Of a DNA stretch of 64,000 bases, positions 57,489-64,000 are shown one piece after another. The notes below the pieces were generated by a model. That model was given only the letters and a program-made list of their open reading frames with translations, had not been told where the DNA came from and searched no databases. Position 1 is the stretch's first letter, and each line of letters starts with the position of its first letter. The stretch is from the NCBI GenBank assembly GCA_042567505.1, contig JBHPJW010000002.1:17686-81685 (forward strand). The letters run 5' to 3'. A program made the translations under genes and the position numbers. The DNA is from Fibrobacterota bacterium. GTDB taxonomy: Bacteria; Fibrobacterota; Fibrobacteria; UBA11236; JADFYW01.

Positions 57489-58288
57489 TTGGACCCCTCA
57501 GGCCTGAAGCCGGTAAAATCATACAGGTAGATAATAGCATCCCATATTTCTTCTTCAGATAAAAAAGTTTCCCAGGCCGGCATGGCAGAGGCCCAGGGAG
57601 CGGCTTCCTCGGGTATTTGCGGTCCTTTGGATATCCGCCAGAACAGGTACGGCTCGCTCAGGCCTTTGAGGACGGAAGGATCGGCAAGGCTGGCCGGACG
57701 GGGATAAAAGCCGTGGGAAAAGTTTCCCTGCCCCCGGAGGTCAGGCCCATGACAGAACACGCAGTTTTCATAATAAACCCGGACCCCGTTGGCTATATGT
57801 TCCTTGAATTCTTCCGGCTTGTCTTTTTCCAGTTTCCGGAAGGGATTATCTCCTTTTTTCAGGTGTACCGTTTTTCCCCTGAAAATGATACTGTCCGGAG
57901 AAGCCGGATGAATGGTCCGGTCAAAGACCGGCGCCCGGCCCCTGGCTGATTGGCTCACATACACCCTTAATCCTATCAGAACAGGAAGGGCGATGAGAAG
58001 TATTGTCATCATGAACGGGTGTTTGTTCCAGCTGAGGAAACCGGCTGCGGTCTTTGATACCGCTTTCAGCTCCTCAGATTCAATTGCCGTACCGTACACC
58101 CCAAGGCAGGCCGTGACCACCAGCATGAAGAGGCTGATGACGGACCCGGGCAGGGCCGGAGAGAACCCGAACCTGAACATGACGAAAGCGGCCAGCAGCC
58201 ACAGCAAAAGCCTTGAAAGGAGGCTTAGCCGGGTAAACTTCAGGGCTGCAAGCGCTGCGATCACGGCAAAAACGACCAGCAGGTTCAT
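57485..58288 (-). CDS. Membrane-anchored mono-haem cytochrome c
   Basis: About four TM segments, then RTIHPA, YYENCVFCHG, YLFWRISKG and PWASAMPAW motifs. Confidence 0.88.
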   Translation of the reverse strand: MNLLVVFAVIAALAALKFTRLSLLSRLLLWLLAAFVMFRFGFSPALPGSVISLFMLVVTACLGVYGTAIESEELKAVSKTAAGFLSWNKHPFMMTILLIALPVLIGLRVYVSQSARGRAPVFDRTIHPASPDSIIFRGKTVHLKKGDNPFRKLEKDKPEEFKEHIANGVRVYYENCVFCHGPDLRGQGNFSHGFYPRPASLADPSVLKGLSEPYLFWRISKGPQIPEEAAPWASAMPAWETFLSEEEIWDAIIYLYDFTGFRPEGSK

Positions 58289-58827
58289 TGGCCGGTTCCT
58301 TTCCGCGACACCAGAAAATCAACTATGGCCTTGATCTCCCGGACCGTGGCCTGCTGATAAAACTCAGTTGGAACCAGGCTGTCGCCCGTCACCCGGACCG
58401 GACATCCGGGAACAGTTGGCTCGCCGGGAGTTACTATCGCTTGATACAGCCCTGCGGCCCCAAGTCTTTTGCCCACATCATAAAAACCAGGTCCTTTCAG
58501 TGTCTTGTCTTGTTCCAGACTATGACACGTGAGGCATTGATACTTGGCCAGTACGGCTCCGCCTAAGGAATCCCGGACAGCGGCAGCTTCCGCCAACACG
58601 CCTGAATCCGCAGGCGGAGAAGTATCCGGTTGAGCTGACTGTACTGTATCCGACTGAGTTTCTTCCCGAGGCGATTCAAGGGTCTTCCCAGATTTTTTCT
58701 CAGGAGATTTTCCGGAGGGGCCCGGACCGGCCATGGGCGTATCGCTCTGGGGTACTAAAGTAGCCAGGCATACATAGGAAAATGTCACGGCCAGGACAAG
58801 GAAGGTTATCTGCACAAGGATTCTCAT
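58285..58827 (-). CDS. Mono-haem cytochrome c
   Basis: N-terminal TM/signal segment, VPQ motif, CLTCH, KGP....VG.R. Confidence 0.8.
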   Translation of the reverse strand: MRILVQITFLVLAVTFSYVCLATLVPQSDTPMAGPGPSGKSPEKKSGKTLESPREETQSDTVQSAQPDTSPPADSGVLAEAAAVRDSLGGAVLAKYQCLTCHSLEQDKTLKGPGFYDVGKRLGAAGLYQAIVTPGEPTVPGCPVRVTGDSLVPTEFYQQATVREIKAIVDFLVSRKGTGQ

Positions 58828-58828
58828 T

Positions 58829-60898
58829 CTATGTGCTCCTGCCGGATTGTTTCATGTTCTCGGGTGATAGATATGACAACCACAGGATAAAAGCCATAAC
58901 AGCGAAAAAAGCCAATGAGGCAATTGCCGTCACTTTTCCCGCATAACCCAGGGCAGGGAGGGAACCCACCGCCGACAGATCTCCGACAATGCCCGCAACG
59001 TGCCACCCCTGCCGCAGGACATGACGCGCGTAGGCTGTCATTCCCAGGGCCCATGCCAGAGTGGCCGCCAAAATAAAAATCATGTACTGGGCCCGTGCAG
59101 GGGCTTCTCCCCATTTTACTTCCCGGTTTGTCTCCGCGTCTTTATACATCAAGGCATTGACCGTGAAGGTGACCGCTACCGCCAGAACCAGGATGGAAAG
59201 TTGGGCAGCCAGAATACAACCGCAGACTTCCGGTGCGGCATAATACTGATAGACACTCAGGCCCGTCACCACGGCAGCACAGATCCCCAGAACCGAGATT
59301 TGGGTGATGAGGCCAATCCTTGCCCAGGAAACCACCGGTTTTTTGTTGATGTTCCAATACATAAGAATGCTGATGAGCGTACCGATGACTAAGATTATGC
59401 CTGCCGCGTTTTTAAACGGCATATGTCCCATCGCTTCCAAAAAAGGATGAACCTTCGCACCGGTATCGTGCAGTTCCTGAACTGTATAGGCTGCCACGCC
59501 GGGAGTCACCCGCACCGCCAGACATACTGCCATCATGGCCATCATGTTTTTAAGATGTTTCCTCAGACGTTCTGTCCCTCCCGTCCTTTCCAAACATGCC
59601 CATAAATAAAAGTTGGCTGCCAGGAAAACCGCCCCTGTCAGGATTGCCAGCATGAACACCGCATCTGACAGGGTTTTCTGGCTGTCCCCGCCAGCTACGG
59701 TTTGCGTAAACATGGTAATACCTGCGTTCTGCCAGCCCCCGGTAAGGAATAAAAGCAGGAAAGCACCGCCAGAGGTAAAAGCCCCGGCACAGGCGGCCCA
59801 GTCATAATAGCAACGCTCTTCTTTCTCTTCCGTCCTTAAGAACCTGTATGCGCCACAGGCTCCCGCCACCGCACCGGCAAAAGCAATATTGGCGATGAAA
59901 CTGTTTACATTGAGATACATCCACCCGGGATCGACCATGGCCTTCAACAGGCCGATTGTCTTTCCTGGAGCCGCGCCTCCCTCGGGGCTGTTCATAAACG
60001 AAAGCCAGCTGTTTATGACGCCCAGTATTCCCAGCCCGGCCAAAGTCAATCCCAAACCTGTGAGCAAATGCGCTCGCGGAGATAACGTTTCCCACCCGTA
60101 GTGATACAGAAACAGGCACGCCATTTCCGCCAGGATAAAAACGGCCAGCGGGAGGATGGTCCAGCCCAGCACATACATCAGGTAATTGGAGAAATCCGGG
60201 TACAGAAAAAAAACAGCCAGCAACAGCAGCATGCCCGAGGCCAGCGCAAACATACATCCTGAAAACAAAAGCCGACCGCCCTCAAAGGCCAGTCTGAGAA
60301 ATCTCTGGTCACCCGATTTGGCCCCTAAAAACTCTGCGCCCATTATGACAAAAGACATGCCGGACACAAACGCCAGGAACAACAAGAACAGCTGCGCTGC
60401 AATCCATAAGGGAGCCCTGGCCCCGATTACCGGAAAACTGCGGCTCCCGGACCGGCAGTCCTTATATTTTAATGAAGCGGGATCCTCGGCCAGCATTGCC
60501 AGAAGCATTTTTTCAATGTTTGCATCATCCAGGTCAGGAGAGGGCTCTTTGGGCAGGGTTCCCCAGACACCGCTTCCGCCCTTTTTTATCCGCTCACTCA
60601 AATAAGGGAGGTTCTCAACATCATACTTGTGCGATATCTCAGCGTAAGAGGGACCCTTTCCAGGCTGATCTTGGAAATGACAGGTGTTGCAGTTGCTTTG
60701 TTCCATCAGGACCATGCCCTCTTCCGCCAGGGCGATTTGTTCCCCAGATAAGCGGGATGGGGAAATCCGCTTTTCATATAACTGAAAACCGAGCAGAAAC
60801 ATACCATAGGCAAGAAATACAAGAAGAGCAAGCACAGATAAATAGGTGAGGCTTGTGGTCCAGAGTGAAAAAGGGCCTTGTTTGCTTTGGGTACTCAA
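58829..60898 (-). CDS. Cytochrome bd subunit I-like (CydA-like) polytopic protein with an N-terminal cytochrome c domain
   Basis: CNTCH domain; WIAAQL, E..CLFLYHYGW, INSWLSFMNSP, FIANIAFAG and ARHVLRQGWHV motifs of bd-like proteins. Start is TTG at 60898 (AGGAG RBS) or TTG at 60982. Confidence 0.75.
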   Translation of the reverse strand: MSTQSKQGPFSLWTTSLTYLSVLALLVFLAYGMFLLGFQLYEKRISPSRLSGEQIALAEEGMVLMEQSNCNTCHFQDQPGKGPSYAEISHKYDVENLPYLSERIKKGGSGVWGTLPKEPSPDLDDANIEKMLLAMLAEDPASLKYKDCRSGSRSFPVIGARAPLWIAAQLFLLFLAFVSGMSFVIMGAEFLGAKSGDQRFLRLAFEGGRLLFSGCMFALASGMLLLLAVFFLYPDFSNYLMYVLGWTILPLAVFILAEMACLFLYHYGWETLSPRAHLLTGLGLTLAGLGILGVINSWLSFMNSPEGGAAPGKTIGLLKAMVDPGWMYLNVNSFIANIAFAGAVAGACGAYRFLRTEEKEERCYYDWAACAGAFTSGGAFLLLFLTGGWQNAGITMFTQTVAGGDSQKTLSDAVFMLAILTGAVFLAANFYLWACLERTGGTERLRKHLKNMMAMMAVCLAVRVTPGVAAYTVQELHDTGAKVHPFLEAMGHMPFKNAAGIILVIGTLISILMYWNINKKPVVSWARIGLITQISVLGICAAVVTGLSVYQYYAAPEVCGCILAAQLSILVLAVAVTFTVNALMYKDAETNREVKWGEAPARAQYMIFILAATLAWALGMTAYARHVLRQGWHVAGIVGDLSAVGSLPALGYAGKVTAIASLAFFAVMAFILWLSYLSPENMKQSGRST

Positions 60899-61020
60899 AC
60901 TCTCAGTTTCTCCTGATTTTGTAACCTCTAACCCCGGCCTTCCCGCAAAGGCCTGACCACACACACACTTTTTATCGTGCAATAATTAATCCAGGGGACT
61001 GGAAATAACCGGTAAAAAAG

Positions 61021-61071
61021 CTAGCTCATATTATAGTAAATTCAATTGCTTCCATTTGCCATTTAGACAAC
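61021..61071 (-). promoter_or_regulatory. Putative promoter of the cytochrome cluster with upstream palindrome
   Basis: Minus-strand TATAAT at 61036-61031; TTGCCATTTAGACAA at 61057-61071 (14/15 match to 51678-51692). Confidence 0.45.
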
Positions 61072-61267
61072 TTTTTCAAGGCTTCTTTAAATTACCCCTC
61101 ATCAAGTCATGATGCCCCATCAGCACCTTCATACCCGGCAAGTCCCCTGCTTATTATCATCGCCTTTTAAAAACGAAAAATTTTGGTCCGCGAATTAACT
61201 ACTATTCTTCAGACCAGCCGACAAGCTGCTTACTATTGAGGAAAAAAATCAATTCGTATCAGGTCTC

Positions 61268-61900
61268 ATGCAGTTTTTTTCAATCCAACTCATCCTTCTT
61301 TCAATTATCCTGGGACTGGCAGGCTGTAAACAAAAGGAGGAGCACAGACACTACCGGGAAATAAATATCAGTGAGACAAAAAAAGTCTCTCCTCATTCCC
61401 TTGAATCATCAGCAGACCAGTCATTTTCCTCTCCCGTTTTTGCCGGGGACATGCCCGATCTCCGCATAAAATGGGACGTTCCCCAAGGCTGGTCTGAAAA
61501 ACCCGGCAGGGGCATGCGCCTGGCTGTCTTTGATGTGAAAAGCGGGACCCTTTCCGCACAATGCGTGGTGGTTCAACTCCCCGATTCCGGAGGGGGACTG
61601 GTCAGCAATGTGAAACGGTGGATGCAGCAGCTGAAGCTGGTAATCTTATCTGAAGAATCTCTTCAGGATTTTTTATCCCGCCAGCAGCGGTATAAAACCA
61701 TGGGCGGATTCAACGCCATCATGATTGATATGACCGATTTGTTAAGCGGAGACATCACCTCGGACCTGTCCGGCCTGATGGCGGTGATACCGGTGAAGGG
61801 CCAGACATTATACATAACCCTGTTCGGCGCCAGGAGACTGCTTTTGGAAAACAAAAGAAAATTCCTGTCCCTGATCCGTTCCCTGAGAATTGCCGGATAA
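61268..61900 (+). CDS. Lipoprotein of the type found upstream of System II cytochrome c biogenesis genes
   Basis: Lipobox LAGC; W.VPQGW....G.GMRLA, GGGLVSNVKRW..QL motifs. Confidence 0.7.
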   Translation: MQFFSIQLILLSIILGLAGCKQKEEHRHYREINISETKKVSPHSLESSADQSFSSPVFAGDMPDLRIKWDVPQGWSEKPGRGMRLAVFDVKSGTLSAQCVVVQLPDSGGGLVSNVKRWMQQLKLVILSEESLQDFLSRQQRYKTMGGFNAIMIDMTDLLSGDITSDLSGLMAVIPVKGQTLYITLFGARRLLLENKRKFLSLIRSLRIAG

Positions 61901-61903
61901 ATC

Positions 61904-63085
61904 ATGTGGAAGGCCGCCGCCAAACATAACGTCATCCGGACGCTGATCTCTTACCACCTGACCACGGCCTGTCTGCTGCTGCTGCTGGCGCTCACCTTCT
62001 GGGGAACGCTGTACCAGGTTGATCATGGCCTGTACGCCGCCAAGCAGAGGTTTTTCAATTCCTGGTTTTTTTTGATCCGGGATGTTCTTCCCTTTCCCGG
62101 GGGCAGGCTGGTTTTATGGATAGGGTTTATCAATCTGACGGCCGTCACTTTGTTCCGGTTTTCCTACAGGTGGTCCAAGGCGGGACTAATCCTCACGCAT
62201 CTGGGCTTATTGGTGCTTCTGGCCGGGGCCAGCGTAACGTTTCACTTCTCCGAGGAATCCAGCCTTACTTTCGAAGAAGGAGAAGGCGCCAATGTATCCT
62301 ATGATTACCACGAGTGGGAATTGGCCGTCTGGAAGCAGGAAATAAGAGGCGACACCACCATCAAATATACAGAAGCCCACAGCATCACCAACCTTATTGC
62401 CGGCGATAAAATTTCTTTCAGCGAAGTCGGAGCGGAGGTGGAGGTACGGGAAGTCCACCAAAACTGCCGGGCCTTAAAGGGAGGGACGCCCCCCCAGGTA
62501 AGCGGCGTCTTGAGCCCGTCGGGCATCACAGGGTTGGAGCCGGAGAAAGTTTCATCAACCCAGCCCCATAATCTGCCCGGCCTTATCATTGCAACGGCCT
62601 TCGCGGAAGGCGACATCCAAACGGTAAAACTAATTATCCTCTACGCGGCGGATTTTCGCCCGGCTCCGGTAATCATCCGGAACGCCCCGGTGTATTTTAT
62701 GCTGAGGCGGAAAGCATACATTCTGCCCATCACCTTAACCCTGCTGGACTTTAAGAAAACCGAGTATCCCGGGACCATGATACCGAAAAGTTTTGAAAGC
62801 AGGGTAGTGATGCGAAAGCCTGAACTGGAACGGGAAGTGTTAATTTCCATGAACAAGCCCCTGCGCCATCATAATTACACATTTTATCAGTCGTCCTATT
62901 CACAATCTGAACACGGAGAAGTCTCCACCCTTTCGGTGGTACGCAATCCCGGACGGCTGTTGCCTTACATCGGCAGCCTGATAATTTCACTTGGCCTGTT
63001 TATTCATTTCTGCCTGATGTTGTGGAAATACGCAAGGCGTAAAACCATGCAAACTCATCACCCTGAACCAAGCGCGAATGACTAA
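61904..63085 (+). CDS. resB: ResB/Ccs1-like cytochrome c biogenesis protein (System II)
   Basis: GTLYQ...G, FFNSWF, G..L.HLGL..LL, ISMNKPLR...Y.FYQSSY and LSVV.NPG..LPY motifs. Confidence 0.82.
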   Translation: MWKAAAKHNVIRTLISYHLTTACLLLLLALTFWGTLYQVDHGLYAAKQRFFNSWFFLIRDVLPFPGGRLVLWIGFINLTAVTLFRFSYRWSKAGLILTHLGLLVLLAGASVTFHFSEESSLTFEEGEGANVSYDYHEWELAVWKQEIRGDTTIKYTEAHSITNLIAGDKISFSEVGAEVEVREVHQNCRALKGGTPPQVSGVLSPSGITGLEPEKVSSTQPHNLPGLIIATAFAEGDIQTVKLIILYAADFRPAPVIIRNAPVYFMLRRKAYILPITLTLLDFKKTEYPGTMIPKSFESRVVMRKPELEREVLISMNKPLRHHNYTFYQSSYSQSEHGEVSTLSVVRNPGRLLPYIGSLIISLGLFIHFCLMLWKYARRKTMQTHHPEPSAND

Positions 63086-64000
63086 CACTCCCAACAAAAA
63101 ACCCGGTTTGAAAAATGCCATGATTTGTGCATTAAAAACCGCACAAAGACATTGTATAAGCGTGCCGATTCATCCTCTGAAACACCGCCATGGCGCGGCA
63201 ACGCGAAACCGGGCGGAACAAAGGGGGATGGCACGCAGTTACTTTATGGCTCTGGTCCTCTGTGGTCTCAGCTATTCATTCGCCCAACACCAAACAGGGG
63301 TATCCAGCCTGGAAAACTTCGGCCGAATCATCATCCTGGAAAATGGCAGGAAAAAGCCCCTTGATACCTATGCCCGCAGCACTCTGCTGCGTTTTTCCGG
63401 CAGAAGCTCCTATGGAGGAGAACCTGCCGTAAACTGGCTGGCAAGGGCGATATTTACTCCCGAACAAACACAGCAGGACGAGATCTTCATGGTGAATAAC
63501 ATGGAGGTTATCCATGCCATGGGGCTTCCACTGGAACCAGCCCGGCGCTTCAGCTACCGGCAACTGGAAAAGGGACTCGACAAACTCAGAGAGCTGGTTA
63601 CGCAGGTAAGCAGGATAGGCATGAAAAACCAGTCCATTGTCCAAAAGGAAATGCTGAGGCTGTTTCATAATATAAGCGCTTATATCAATCTGGCCTCCAG
63701 TTTCCAGTTCGCGGTCCCGGTGGAGGCGTTTACTATTCATGACTCCACTCTGGCCCAGGTGCTGGGACTGGAACCCGCTCCCGGCCTTCACTCCTTTTAC
63801 GAATTGTTTCTGAAAGCAGGGGACCTGCACGCCATCTTAAGTACGGTCAATGAACAGGACCCGAAAGACGCGGACCCCTTTCAGAAAGAGGTGCTCCGTC
63901 TGACCAGCACCATGTTTCAATGGTCCCGGTACTATAAAGACATGCCCCTGCACATAATTCCCGCCACTGGCCACAGCCGCGAAAACTGGTCCAGTCCCTG
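63078..64000 (+). CDS. ccsA: CcsA/ResC-type cytochrome c biogenesis protein, 5' part (truncated by the window end)
   Basis: Read manually and absent from the ORF track because it has no stop codon: frame read open from the ATG at 63078 (or 63228) through ENGRKKPLDTYAR...WLARAIF, the N-terminus I associate with large CcsA proteins. Confidence 0.7.
   Translation, partial: MTNTPNKKPGLKNAMICALKTAQRHCISVPIHPLKHRHGAATRNRAEQRGMARSYFMALVLCGLSYSFAQHQTGVSSLENFGRIIILENGRKKPLDTYARSTLLRFSGRSSYGGEPAVNWLARAIFTPEQTQQDEIFMVNNMEVIHAMGLPLEPARRFSYRQLEKGLDKLRELVTQVSRIGMKNQSIVQKEMLRLFHNISAYINLASSFQFAVPVEAFTIHDSTLAQVLGLEPAPGLHSFYELFLKAGDLHAILSTVNEQDPKDADPFQKEVLRLTSTMFQWSRYYKDMPLHIIPATGHSRENWSSP

Noticed and set aside
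425-63830. Numerous long antisense or alternate-frame ORFs in the track (e.g. 12674-13789, 22984-23970, 37566-38534, 42013-42915)
   Set aside because: They overlap well-supported genes and show no motifs; they are expected shadows of GC-rich codon usage.

Overview
Bacterial chromosomal window with no rRNA, tRNA, CRISPR array or transposase visible. The accessory genes suggest a Fibrobacterota-like host; this is inference from a TIGR02147-family regulator paired with a lipoprotein, FGE-domain and cadherin-like lipoproteins, and FlgD/T9SS-like C-terminal domains. Left half (1-33.8 kb): housekeeping and secreted/surface genes, including M32 carboxypeptidase, aguB-aguA, uvrC, a PrmA-like methyltransferase, a core (MesB-like) methionine synthase, an MFS transporter, a PfkB kinase, PilZ, DUF166, two DUF4832 paralogs and a lipoprotein gene split at a G9 tract. 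Right half, minus strand: (i) a Wood-Ljungdahl carbonyl-branch/CFeSP cluster, metV-metF-cooC-cooS-cooF-[NuoE/F/G-like HydCBA module]-acsB-acsC-acsV-[four-helix-bundle cassette]-cooC-acsD-acsE; (ii) an 8-gene c-type cytochrome cluster with a CydA-like membrane protein, mono- and di-haem cytochromes, an EB_dh-type domain, a Cyc2-like cytochrome-porin and a cupredoxin-like protein. System II cytochrome c maturation genes are divergent from the cytochrome cluster and run off the window end. Intergenic regions are rich in REP-like palindromes and in inverted arrays of 6-9 bp tandem repeats; one such pair brackets a four-helix-bundle (23S IVS/Avd-like) gene inside the acs operon. All family calls are by motif recognition from memory; no searches were run.
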